The position numbers and the translations under genes are program-made. A stretch of DNA of 44,089 nt from Barthelona sp. PAP020. Taxonomy: Eukaryota. Below, piece after piece: positions 28,744 through 38,623 of this stretch (the first letter of the stretch is position 1; the number at the start of each line of letters is the position of its first letter). Under the pieces are notes generated by a model. The model had not been told where the DNA came from. It ran no database searches and saw only the letters and a list, made by a program, of their open reading frames with translations. Location of the stretch: assembly GCA_040182905.1 (NCBI GenBank), contig JARQWU010000059.1, forward strand, positions 1 through 44,089. Direction: 5' to 3'.

Positions 28744-30480
28744 ATGATACAGGTTTCTCCATTTGAAAAAAAACCCAAAAAAACGAAATTTTTTGTCAAA
28801 TGTTGCATTATTATGCTTCTTCTTATAACTCTAATTGTTACATCTCATTCAATTTATGAAAACGTATCAGCTGTTGGTAATAAACAGGATATGTTCCGTA
28901 TAGATGAATATACAAATTGGAATGAAACGGCTGCGTTTGTTCAAAATATTGAACAGAAGTTTGAAGAATTGAAAAAGAGTTTTTCCCAAGAAATTTCTGA
29001 AAATGATGACGAAATGAAGAAAATTTTAACCTTTTTGCAACAATCTATTCTACCATCGGAATTCATCTCTGAAAATGTGCATTCTATTGTTGACAATCAA
29101 CAACATAGAGGAACTTGCTGGTTAATGACATCTCTTGAATTCTTAGAAGCTAATTATAAAAAACAGGGTGTTGCTAATGGTTTTTTAACTCCTGACCAAT
29201 TTGTTAAATTTTCAGTTCAAGGAAATGGTGTCAATTATCTTCGTTATTGCTCAAAAAATCCCAAAGAATGCCCTGATACTCCTGAAAGGTTTGGAAAGAA
29301 TGATGCTGATGGTTACCCAGCTTGGTTATATTTGTTTAACTCTTATTTGGGGACAAAGCTCATTCCTGACCTTAAAACATGTCCATATATCCCTAATTCT
29401 GGTAATGATACCGATTGTCCTGGTATGGATGAATATCTGCAGTTCAATCCCATAGATTACCATGTTTGGAATATCAATGTGCATTATTCAATTGAGGACA
29501 TGAAACTTGCCTTATTTAATGCTGGTGTTCCTCTTCCAATTGTTACTGAAATTGTCAGTAGCACACACTATGTTCCTTGTAATGTCGAAGGATATGCTGA
29601 AACAGATGAATGCAAAGATGAAAAAACCAAATGTCCTGATGGTTATGGTTCTACTTACTGTGCATCTTATAAACGTCGTTCAACTTCTGATGGACACTTT
29701 TATATTAAAGAAGAGGGATTAGAAGGCAGTGGTGGACATGCCATGCTTTTGGTTGGATATTCAGATTCACATCAAGTTACTGTTGGTGAAAATACCATTC
29801 ATAAAGGAGGATTCATTGTTTTGAATTCCTGGGGTGAAGATAACTCACATTCCAAGGAGTTTTATGCTCATAAGATTTCCAAACGAGATGATCAGTTTTT
29901 GTGTCCTAATATCAAATCTCCTCGTGAATGGGTTCCTCTTGATCATGAGACAGATGATCTTTATAAGTTAAGACCTGCTACTGAATTAACATGTTTGACT
30001 CCTACAACTCCTTCTTTAATTAATACTGTGGTTAATTGTAATTTTAGCAGAAAATACTATTTTGACCACACTAAACCTTACAATGGAGAACTTGTTATTC
30101 CATGTTTCAAGGAAAAAGACACAGAAAGTGGAGAAATTGTTGATGTTTGCTATCCTCCAGTTATTTTTGATGAACTAACCAAAGTATTTACTCCTAATGA
30201 CACAGTCATTAACATGGGAAGAAACAGTCAAGCTGCTTGTGGCTACTACTTCTTACCTTATGATTATATTAAAAAGGTTGATGGTAATTATGGCTTTACT
30301 TGGGTCACAACAATGGATGTGAAGTTCTCAGATAGTTCATATGAAGCTAATAGAGACAAGTACCCTGATCATGAGACACAATACGATAGCATCAAGGAGG
30401 CTACTAGTTCATACAGTGTTCCCCAGTTTGTAGATCATACTCCTTGGCAAACAAATGTTAATTATCGTCCGAAAGTGTAA
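28744..30480 (+). CDS. Papain-family (C1A) cysteine peptidase with N-terminal signal anchor, 578 aa
   Basis: Oxyanion Gln and catalytic Cys in DNQQHRGTCW, catalytic His in GGHAMLLVGY, Asn in FIVLNSWG. A basic N-terminus precedes a hydrophobic helix (about aa 16-33). Cys-rich insertions and a long C-terminal extension. Confidence 0.9.
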   Translation: MIQVSPFEKKPKKTKFFVKCCIIMLLLITLIVTSHSIYENVSAVGNKQDMFRIDEYTNWNETAAFVQNIEQKFEELKKSFSQEISENDDEMKKILTFLQQSILPSEFISENVHSIVDNQQHRGTCWLMTSLEFLEANYKKQGVANGFLTPDQFVKFSVQGNGVNYLRYCSKNPKECPDTPERFGKNDADGYPAWLYLFNSYLGTKLIPDLKTCPYIPNSGNDTDCPGMDEYLQFNPIDYHVWNINVHYSIEDMKLALFNAGVPLPIVTEIVSSTHYVPCNVEGYAETDECKDEKTKCPDGYGSTYCASYKRRSTSDGHFYIKEEGLEGSGGHAMLLVGYSDSHQVTVGENTIHKGGFIVLNSWGEDNSHSKEFYAHKISKRDDQFLCPNIKSPREWVPLDHETDDLYKLRPATELTCLTPTTPSLINTVVNCNFSRKYYFDHTKPYNGELVIPCFKEKDTESGEIVDVCYPPVIFDELTKVFTPNDTVINMGRNSQAACGYYFLPYDYIKKVDGNYGFTWVTTMDVKFSDSSYEANRDKYPDHETQYDSIKEATSSYSVPQFVDHTPWQTNVNYRPKV

Positions 30481-30783
30481 ATTTTTGCAGTATTTTTTTT
30501 CCTTTCTTCAAAACGTTTACCAAAGCTTTCCAAACTTGAGAGCAACAAACCTTTATCTTTTTGCATAAAAAAATTAAATAAAAACAAATTTGGGTTTCAT
30601 TTTACAAAAAGAAATTTCAGCTCATTTATGCTCTTTCTGATTCGCTTTCAAAAAGCAACATCTTATTTTTTCGAAATAAATATTCAGATAAAACAATAAC
30701 TAATAAGAGGGTGTGTGAGAGTATGTAAAAGAAGGGGAAAAGTGAGATTGTGTGAGTGAAAAAAGAAGAGAAACAATCAAAAA

Positions 30784-33700
30784 CTACAAGAATAGTTCAG
30801 TATTATCAAGTTCAGAATAATCAAAGTTTACTGCGAAATTAGAATGTACTTGGTCTGTTTCTTGAGTTTCAATCAATTCTTGTATATCTGTCTTAAACAA
30901 ATATTCTTCGTCATCTTGAGTAATCGATTTATTTCTGGTAAACAACCATAAAATACATGTAAACACTGAAAATAGCACAATTAAACCGAGTATTCCAAGA
31001 AAAATCACCAACAACCAGTGTGCTTCAAAATACTCCCAAAAGTCTGCATACATTAATTCTGCACCATCACATTCTTCCCAATTGATTGGTGAACAAAATT
31101 TTGTCTTGGCAGAAGGATCATCTTCAACAAAAAAAGATTCAAAACTATCTTCATTCTCAGGTGCTTCTTGAAGAATCAATAAAGCTCGAAAATTAACATC
31201 CGAAGGTGCAATAATTTCGATGGTAACATTTTCATAAGAAGCAACAATAAAAGTCATGGGAACACTCGAAACTTTTAATTTGATCTCTTTGAAAACGTTT
31301 TTAAAAGTAATAACAAATTCTTTGAACATGAAGAATTCCAATTCGTCTGATTCAGTATAATTAGGTCGTAAAACAGACAGTATTCTTCTTGGTTTAATAT
31401 CTGTAAACCGTAAAGTTAATGTGTCATTCATATTTAAACCAAGAAACAACTCATTAACAGTGACAACACCATGTGAATTATATGAAAAAACACCTGAAGA
31501 AAAAGGCAAATGACATTCCCTATTTGCCTTCCAAAAACCTCCAGGACATGCAATAGTCACTGGATCTTTGCCTGGCCATTTTTTCCCATACCAAAAATGG
31601 TCATCATCAATCTCATCGATGAATATGATATGGTCTGATGTCTTTGCAGATTCCTCATCAATTATAGTGGTGAAATTTATAGAAGAAACATTATTTAAAG
31701 ACAACAATAAAGGTGATTGTTGTGGAAACAAGTACATCCCAAAATTAAAAATTGTGATAATCAACTTAGCACGTGATTCGGCATTGAAATGATGTTGTCG
31801 CATTCTTACGTATTTTGAATTGATAAAACGAACATGAGTTGCATTCACTCCTGCTCTGTAAGAGGTTTGGTTATCGAATTGCTTTCTTTCCAAAAGATCA
31901 ACAATTTTTACCGTGAAAAAAAGTCCATCCACAAATTCCACTCCATTGGAAGGACGAAAAGATATGAGTGGAGATAAGGAAGTTGAATAAAAGCGAGAAA
32001 ACGTTTGAGCATTGTCAATATATCTCTCTATGAGACCATTTACCAAAATAATTGGCTCATTGAGTCCAAAAAAGTCAAGATACAAAAACTTACTTTCATA
32101 ATCTTCTTCTCCAACATCAACATTAACATAACCATTAAGTTGGACAACACATTCGTGATTGGTAAAATCTTGTTTAAACAAAGCATAGGAATACTTGGTA
32201 ATATCGCAAATGCTGTCATCTTCTTCAGAAAACAGACGAATAAAGGTTGGATTGAAGAATTCATAATCGATAAATATTGATTTATTTGCTGATAAGTACA
32301 AAGCCAAATCAAACTTAAAATCAACAACAGGAAAAAATAAGACATCTGCCATAGAGAAAAAAAAAACACTTTCAACGGTTCCTTGAAAAAATCGCAAGTA
32401 AACATCAGATATAACATTGGTATCTTGTCCAGTAAAGTTCAACTTCATCAAAGTGTAATGCGTATTACTGATAGCCCCAAAATTAAAAGGAACTGACCCA
32501 CTACGTTCTCCAAAGACCAAAAAAGAACCTCTAGAATTATCAATAGTGATGGATGATCCTTCTTTGTTTGATAAAGCAAAAAATACATCATAGGCACCTG
32601 TTGACTTCTCAAATGAAATACTGTTGCCCAATCCATTTTCCTGAATAATTGGTACTGGAATAGCAAATCCTGGTTCTTTCAAAAAAATTTCTCCCTCAAC
32701 AAACATGAAATCTCCGTCAATATGTAATGAATAATTCAATGAGAGATTGTAAGATCGACTCACAATGAAAATTCCTGATAACAATTGAGTAGGTTTCATG
32801 AATGCTTCCCACGACGCACAACTACTTTGAGAGATGGTCCAATTACTGTAAGAATTCACTTCTAAAAAAGTATCGTCAATCATACTAACATTTCTCAACT
32901 CATCAGGCACAACCGCCTGCCAAGTGCTAAAATCAGGGAAAGGATACAATTCCCCAGATACACACTCAGGAGAAAACGACTGGTTAAACCCACAATATAA
33001 GGAAATCAACTCATCTGGATGATCAACCAAAGGAAAATATCGAATATTAATCATCAAAAATTGTTCTATGGTGATATTGGCAAAGACCTCACTTGAAAAA
33101 AAGAATCTAGCAAAACTTGGGGTCTTGGCTACATAATTGTTATAGGGTTGTTTCAGAGATTCCAAAGGTTTAGCCGAAATAGTTGCAGAACCAAACTCAT
33201 TCGACAAATCCATATCTGTTGGCTGACGATAAATCTCCAAATAAACAGAATATTGACTGTTTAAAATGATAGTCAAAGGACGTACACAATTGTGGAAAAA
33301 CAGCTCTTTACCAGTAGCATGAAGAATATCAAAATTTAATTGTTTATATTCGTTTGAATAAATGGCTTTACTCAAAAAAGCATTGACTTCCCGGACAAAT
33401 AATAACACAACGGTGTCTGGAAACACTCTATTTTCTTTTAAATGTATCGAAAACCCATTTTTTAGTGATAATATGGGATATAAAGTCCCAATATATGATG
33501 AAGTACGATTTTGTTGGATAAACCCTTCCCTAAGATCATAAGCATAATTTATGAAAATAAAAGGAATCATATCTATTTCTGCCATCTTTGAATGATCGAC
33601 AACAAACACATTAAACGAAGCTTGCAATGTGGTAATAGATTCGTGTGGTAAAGTGAAGTTAATCACTTTTTTATCTCCATCAATTCCATTCTTTTCAACG

Positions 33701-34551
33701 TACACTAGAAAGTTATCAAAATCATCACTATCGATGGTGAGTGGATTATTATCTTTTATTACACTCAATTGTTCTTCTCCAACAATACTACATACAAACC
33801 TTTCCACTGATTTAAAAAAATAAAACTTGAAAAATTCTGAATAACCTTGAAAAAATTCTGTTGCATTGTCCAAATTTTGACATTCTATCATTTTGAATTT
33901 AAAAACACTATCATCATCGGTGTTACTCTTTGAATTGATGTTTTTTGTTGTACTTATTAAACTGACATAATCATATTTCCTATCCTCTAAATTAAAAAAA
34001 AATAATCTGTTTTCATCAAACTCACCTTCATTATTTAACATCCAGCGGTAATCAAAAAAATAACAGTCATTATTATCAATAGCAGGAAAGATATTTAACA
34101 AGTTTGCGTTGTACTCTTTCTTTGATGTGAAGGTATAATTGAACAGTAGCTTGATCTTGATTGAAGTCACTTCAGAGTCTCTTGGCAGTGAAGCTTTCAG
34201 GCCGATTGCAAAATATTGTGGGGAATCAGTTGACAACGTAACATTTTTCTGCAAAATTATTTCATTTTTTCTTGCTTTTTTGAAAATAAATCTGTGTTTA
34301 GCATCAAAACTAGTATCACCAGCAGGTTTTAACCAAAAATTAACATCACTTTCAACAAAATCAATCGAATAAAAATGTATTGTCACAATTTGATCAAGTT
34401 CAGCTTCATGAAAATAAAAACAACGTTGTTGTTCTCTAGAATACGATGTATCTACTTCTAGTATTACTTCATTATTTGGTTCAATAGATTCAACAGAATA
34501 AACTTCGATACAAAACATAAAAATACATAAATAAAACACAAGTAATTTCAT
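30784..34551 (-). CDS. Type I single-pass membrane protein of unknown family, paralog A, 1255 aa
   Basis: Signal peptide MKLLVFYLCIFMFCIEVYS, large F/Y/V/I-rich ectodomain with many NxS/T sequons, TM WLLVIFLGILGLIVLFSVFTCILWLF and a short acidic tail. Confidence 0.85.
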   Translation of the reverse strand: MKLLVFYLCIFMFCIEVYSVESIEPNNEVILEVDTSYSREQQRCFYFHEAELDQIVTIHFYSIDFVESDVNFWLKPAGDTSFDAKHRFIFKKARKNEIILQKNVTLSTDSPQYFAIGLKASLPRDSEVTSIKIKLLFNYTFTSKKEYNANLLNIFPAIDNNDCYFFDYRWMLNNEGEFDENRLFFFNLEDRKYDYVSLISTTKNINSKSNTDDDSVFKFKMIECQNLDNATEFFQGYSEFFKFYFFKSVERFVCSIVGEEQLSVIKDNNPLTIDSDDFDNFLVYVEKNGIDGDKKVINFTLPHESITTLQASFNVFVVDHSKMAEIDMIPFIFINYAYDLREGFIQQNRTSSYIGTLYPILSLKNGFSIHLKENRVFPDTVVLLFVREVNAFLSKAIYSNEYKQLNFDILHATGKELFFHNCVRPLTIILNSQYSVYLEIYRQPTDMDLSNEFGSATISAKPLESLKQPYNNYVAKTPSFARFFFSSEVFANITIEQFLMINIRYFPLVDHPDELISLYCGFNQSFSPECVSGELYPFPDFSTWQAVVPDELRNVSMIDDTFLEVNSYSNWTISQSSCASWEAFMKPTQLLSGIFIVSRSYNLSLNYSLHIDGDFMFVEGEIFLKEPGFAIPVPIIQENGLGNSISFEKSTGAYDVFFALSNKEGSSITIDNSRGSFLVFGERSGSVPFNFGAISNTHYTLMKLNFTGQDTNVISDVYLRFFQGTVESVFFFSMADVLFFPVVDFKFDLALYLSANKSIFIDYEFFNPTFIRLFSEEDDSICDITKYSYALFKQDFTNHECVVQLNGYVNVDVGEEDYESKFLYLDFFGLNEPIILVNGLIERYIDNAQTFSRFYSTSLSPLISFRPSNGVEFVDGLFFTVKIVDLLERKQFDNQTSYRAGVNATHVRFINSKYVRMRQHHFNAESRAKLIITIFNFGMYLFPQQSPLLLSLNNVSSINFTTIIDEESAKTSDHIIFIDEIDDDHFWYGKKWPGKDPVTIACPGGFWKANRECHLPFSSGVFSYNSHGVVTVNELFLGLNMNDTLTLRFTDIKPRRILSVLRPNYTESDELEFFMFKEFVITFKNVFKEIKLKVSSVPMTFIVASYENVTIEIIAPSDVNFRALLILQEAPENEDSFESFFVEDDPSAKTKFCSPINWEECDGAELMYADFWEYFEAHWLLVIFLGILGLIVLFSVFTCILWLFTRNKSITQDDEEYLFKTDIQELIETQETDQVHSNFAVNFDYSELDNTELFL

Positions 34552-34726
34552 TATACGCTCAAAATATTCTTCATAAAATAATCATAATGTTGATACTGAA
34601 AGAAAAATTGTATTAAAAATTCTTTTGTCTTTATCTTGGAATTCAACAATAAAGTATTCATCAAAGATTTTTTTTGTTTCCATCTAATTAGATAATTTAA
34701 ACAAATAAACAACAAACAAAAAAAAT

Positions 34727-37700
34727 TTACAAAAAAACAAAATCATCTTCAGATTCATTTTGATTATCATTATTTAACAAGAAAGAAGTGATATTATCAT
34801 CAATAAAATTGAACTTTTCTTCTTTAATAATTTCTTCTTCAATTAAAACTTCTTTTTCTTCTTTAAAATACATTTTTTTAATGATAAAATACATCAAAAT
34901 AAAAAGTGAAATAACAATTGCAACAATAATCAGAATAGGTATCAAATAATTGGGACTGACCACATGCATATTTTCACAATCAGGGAAATTTTCTAACAAA
35001 CACAAATTTTTACCTGCATTGATAACAAGACTTGGGTCAACAATTTGAATTGAAAAAAAAACTTCATTAGGTCTGTCCAAAATGAATTTAATCTTTTCAA
35101 ATGTTCTCACAACAACAAAGACACGTCTTCCTTGAACTATTTCCACAGTTGTAACCGCATCATCTGAACCAATGAAATCAATCTTAAAAGTCTCTTTCTT
35201 GAGTGAAAAAAAATCCAAAACCCTATTTTTCATCACATTAGTAAAATCTATTTCAGTAGTTTTGTTTATTCTTACTGCATAATATGAATGGTCAATGGTA
35301 ATAACACTTGCGCTTAATATATAATCATAAAAACCATCATAAAAAGTACGGACACAATCATAACGATGTGTACCAGTTAAAGGTGGAATCCAATATCCTC
35401 CAATACAAGGGAATTTTCTTTCTGAAGGTATCTCATCATAAACATTAATCCCTTCATATATCCTATCATCGTTAATTCGGTCTAACATAACAAAATCTTT
35501 ATTGTTATCAAGTGAAGAGTAAGTTTTGAAGGTGAAATTTTGATGAAACTTTTCAATTTCATCCAATTTTACAAAGAATAAAGTTGTAGTGGTTTGAGGA
35601 TATATATCAATGGAATAATCAATACCAGGCAACCAAATTTCATAACGTGTTACAACAGAACCTACATATTGACGCATTCTCAAATACTTGGTATCTGACA
35701 CATTCACTGAATAAGTAGTGTTATCTTTTGACTTAAAAGCAAAATATTCATTATCAAAAACACGAGTTATATTTGAACTTGAAACTTCTACTTTCAAATA
35801 TTGAGTGTTTGATTCAATTTCCGTATTATGAATGAATGTCATTAGGGGCATTGCATCTGTAGTGGTTACACACTGATAATCATCGTTCATATTCTCATTT
35901 GCACCAAAAAAGGAATCGTCTGAATTCAAATCGTCTGAATATTCGAATATCCCGTTAAATAAAAATGGTTTCCTTCCTTCATACAAATAATTCAAATAAC
36001 AAAAAATAATTGGGCTAAAACTGTAAAATTCTTCAGCAACAAGTATCTCAATGCTTGTAATAAACTTGATAATTGGAGAATCATTGGATTTCAGTTCAAT
36101 CAAAGAAAATTCCTTTCCATAAACCTCCACACTAGATTGTCTTCTTTTTGGATTGTAACTGGGGGTTAAAACAGATGGATTTGTTAATTCAGCATACAGT
36201 TTAAAAACTTTTTCGTTGGAACCACATAAAGCAAATTTCCACTCATCTCTAGCAAGAGGAATATAAAATGAATGAGTTGTATTCCAATCTTTGTACAAGC
36301 CATCATCATTATAAACGCGCAACTTTTGAACATCTTTATTCAACGTTACATTCGATAACATTTCCTCAAATCTCAATGTTATCAAAGATACAGATTGAAT
36401 CTCAGACCTATCAATCACTATTTTTTGCTTGATATCATACACATTCACAATTAACAGCTCTGAATTGCACGTAATAAAGATTGTTTCTGTGTTGATTATG
36501 CCAAACAATATATAAAGACTAAAAGGGGAGTCTGGCAAGAAAAAGGAGATTTTCGTTGATTCTGATGAATCTAAGCATGATAGCGTTTGTATAGTTCTAT
36601 TAACTTGAGTGAAATAACTCTCATGAATGAATTGTCCTCGAGAGATTCCTTTGATCAAAAGCGGATAAGAAGCAAGGGTCACATTTCGATCTGCATCGTC
36701 TGCAAGAATAAATAGATGATTGTTTAGCTTTTTGAGATTATTTGTCTCATTTGAAACCTTTAAATATATGTATGAAAGAGCAAATATATCCAAACGATAT
36801 TGCTGACTTTCATATATTGGTGGATTAAACTTAACAATTGTATGAAAATTCGCTGAAAAAAACAAAGATTTATCAACTTCAAAGAACATTACACTGCGTC
36901 TTTGATGCATATCGACAGGAAACTTCGGTTTATATGTTTTTCCACATTTGGTATCATAATTACCAACCAAATCACAAAATTTGTAATCGGGTGGTGCTTT
37001 GGCAAATGGAAGGTACGAATGACTCAATATCATAAAACTACAATAGGTCTGTATTCTTATAATACCACCATCCTTCAAAAATGGATTATCATTGATACTG
37101 AATCGAAACTGATCCTCAATTCTCATTTGAAACTTAAATTTACTTGTATCATTCGATGTGTAGAACGATATAACAGCATCATGATCATCACAAATGAAGT
37201 GATTAGTGGTATCTCGTCTGTTTGATGCGATATAGATACCGTACGAACCGCTACCTCTTAAACCCATATCAAAAGTGTTAAATAACCCAGAAGAACATAA
37301 CGAGAAGAATGAATCACTTACAACCCTTTCAAATGAAAAATTATCGAACGATACACGTGAAATATCAGTTTGTCTCAACCCATTGAACATTTTTTTATCG
37401 TTACTGTACACAAATAAGAGCAAAATATCACCACTGATTGATTTGATCTTCAAAGTTCCTTCTGTTGTCTTGAAAAACAAATATCCATCAAGGTATTCTT
37501 GATAAGTGCTTTCCAATACAATTTCACTCCCGCATACCATCGCATTGCAGTAGTCAATGACAAAAAAAAACTTCTGTAAAGCAATAGTATCATTCAGAAT
37601 AAACAATGCTAAGTTCAACTTTCCACTACCAAAGTAATACGCCAAACCTTCCTCAAGAGAAAGAATAGAATATCGATTAGATTGGTTCAAATAATTCAAA

Positions 37701-38458
37701 GATAATATTAACTCTTCACCTAAAACAGGCTTAATGTATAAAAAAAAATCCTGGGCATCTGCCCACTTCTTATTGACAGACAATATAACTTCAACTGACT
37801 CTACTCCATTCAAAATCGTATTATCTACACTGCTTAACATAGATATAAAATAAGTGGAATTGAAAAACGCATGTGTTGAATTCATTTTTGGCTTCAAATA
37901 AGTTGTGGCAATAGTAAAACCCAAGTTTGAGTATGCACTATTCGAAGGAGTGTTCTTTGTAGCTTCCATCAACTTAGAATATGATATATGATATATATAC
38001 GGTTGTGTGGGAATTGGAATCTTGAAATAGCTTTCAACATTATAATCATCAGGAGAAGGTTCAATAATTGGAAGATTATCCAAAGAATAATAAGAATAGG
38101 AAAACTCAAGCTCATCACTGGATGAAGCTTGAATGCACAAAGAATAGGTATAAGTATCATTGTAAAAGACATGAGCTGGAAAAGTTTCCACATGACTTCC
38201 CTCGCTAACTGACACAACTTTCAAAAAGTGTCCAAAATTGTTGCATTGATAAATATACGCAGAAAGAATCGTTCCATGATCTTGAGATGAGAATATAACT
38301 GTAATATTATATGTTAGCATGAAATTTCCTCCAGAAATATCCAATTGATGATCATTATAATCCAAAACATAAGTCATGTTTGGTTCAAAAACATCAAAAT
38401 CGCACAATACACAACATAAAAGACTAAAAAATATGAAGAAAACAATCAAAAGCTTCAT
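34727..38458 (-). CDS. Type I single-pass membrane protein of unknown family, paralog B, 1243 aa
   Basis: Signal peptide MKLLIVFFIFFSLLCCVLC, TM LIPILIIVAIVISLFILMYFII and an acidic tail. Shares collinear motifs with paralog A (KYLRMRQ/KYVRMRQ, CIGGYW/CPGGFW). Confidence 0.85.
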   Translation of the reverse strand: MKLLIVFFIFFSLLCCVLCDFDVFEPNMTYVLDYNDHQLDISGGNFMLTYNITVIFSSQDHGTILSAYIYQCNNFGHFLKVVSVSEGSHVETFPAHVFYNDTYTYSLCIQASSSDELEFSYSYYSLDNLPIIEPSPDDYNVESYFKIPIPTQPYIYHISYSKLMEATKNTPSNSAYSNLGFTIATTYLKPKMNSTHAFFNSTYFISMLSSVDNTILNGVESVEVILSVNKKWADAQDFFLYIKPVLGEELILSLNYLNQSNRYSILSLEEGLAYYFGSGKLNLALFILNDTIALQKFFFVIDYCNAMVCGSEIVLESTYQEYLDGYLFFKTTEGTLKIKSISGDILLLFVYSNDKKMFNGLRQTDISRVSFDNFSFERVVSDSFFSLCSSGLFNTFDMGLRGSGSYGIYIASNRRDTTNHFICDDHDAVISFYTSNDTSKFKFQMRIEDQFRFSINDNPFLKDGGIIRIQTYCSFMILSHSYLPFAKAPPDYKFCDLVGNYDTKCGKTYKPKFPVDMHQRRSVMFFEVDKSLFFSANFHTIVKFNPPIYESQQYRLDIFALSYIYLKVSNETNNLKKLNNHLFILADDADRNVTLASYPLLIKGISRGQFIHESYFTQVNRTIQTLSCLDSSESTKISFFLPDSPFSLYILFGIINTETIFITCNSELLIVNVYDIKQKIVIDRSEIQSVSLITLRFEEMLSNVTLNKDVQKLRVYNDDGLYKDWNTTHSFYIPLARDEWKFALCGSNEKVFKLYAELTNPSVLTPSYNPKRRQSSVEVYGKEFSLIELKSNDSPIIKFITSIEILVAEEFYSFSPIIFCYLNYLYEGRKPFLFNGIFEYSDDLNSDDSFFGANENMNDDYQCVTTTDAMPLMTFIHNTEIESNTQYLKVEVSSSNITRVFDNEYFAFKSKDNTTYSVNVSDTKYLRMRQYVGSVVTRYEIWLPGIDYSIDIYPQTTTTLFFVKLDEIEKFHQNFTFKTYSSLDNNKDFVMLDRINDDRIYEGINVYDEIPSERKFPCIGGYWIPPLTGTHRYDCVRTFYDGFYDYILSASVITIDHSYYAVRINKTTEIDFTNVMKNRVLDFFSLKKETFKIDFIGSDDAVTTVEIVQGRRVFVVVRTFEKIKFILDRPNEVFFSIQIVDPSLVINAGKNLCLLENFPDCENMHVVSPNYLIPILIIVAIVISLFILMYFIIKKMYFKEEKEVLIEEEIIKEEKFNFIDDNITSFLLNNDNQNESEDDFVFL

Positions 38459-38623
38459 ATATTGAATAAAACAACAAATAAAAAAAGACTACTTTAATTA
38501 AACAATTGGAAATAAAAATTATCATTGTACAGTCTTTCCTGAAAAAGGTTTTATTTCAACTCTTTTAAATCAAATTCTAAAGAGAAAAAAATTTTGTTCA
38601 AGGAATTCTTTTTTCTACAAAAA

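Noticed and set aside
30700..30783. Purine/GT-rich tract (GAGGGTGTGTGAGAGT...GTGTGAGTG) between convergent genes
   Set aside because: Not a regular telomeric or satellite repeat; most simply the pyrimidine-rich 3' UTR of membrane paralog A.
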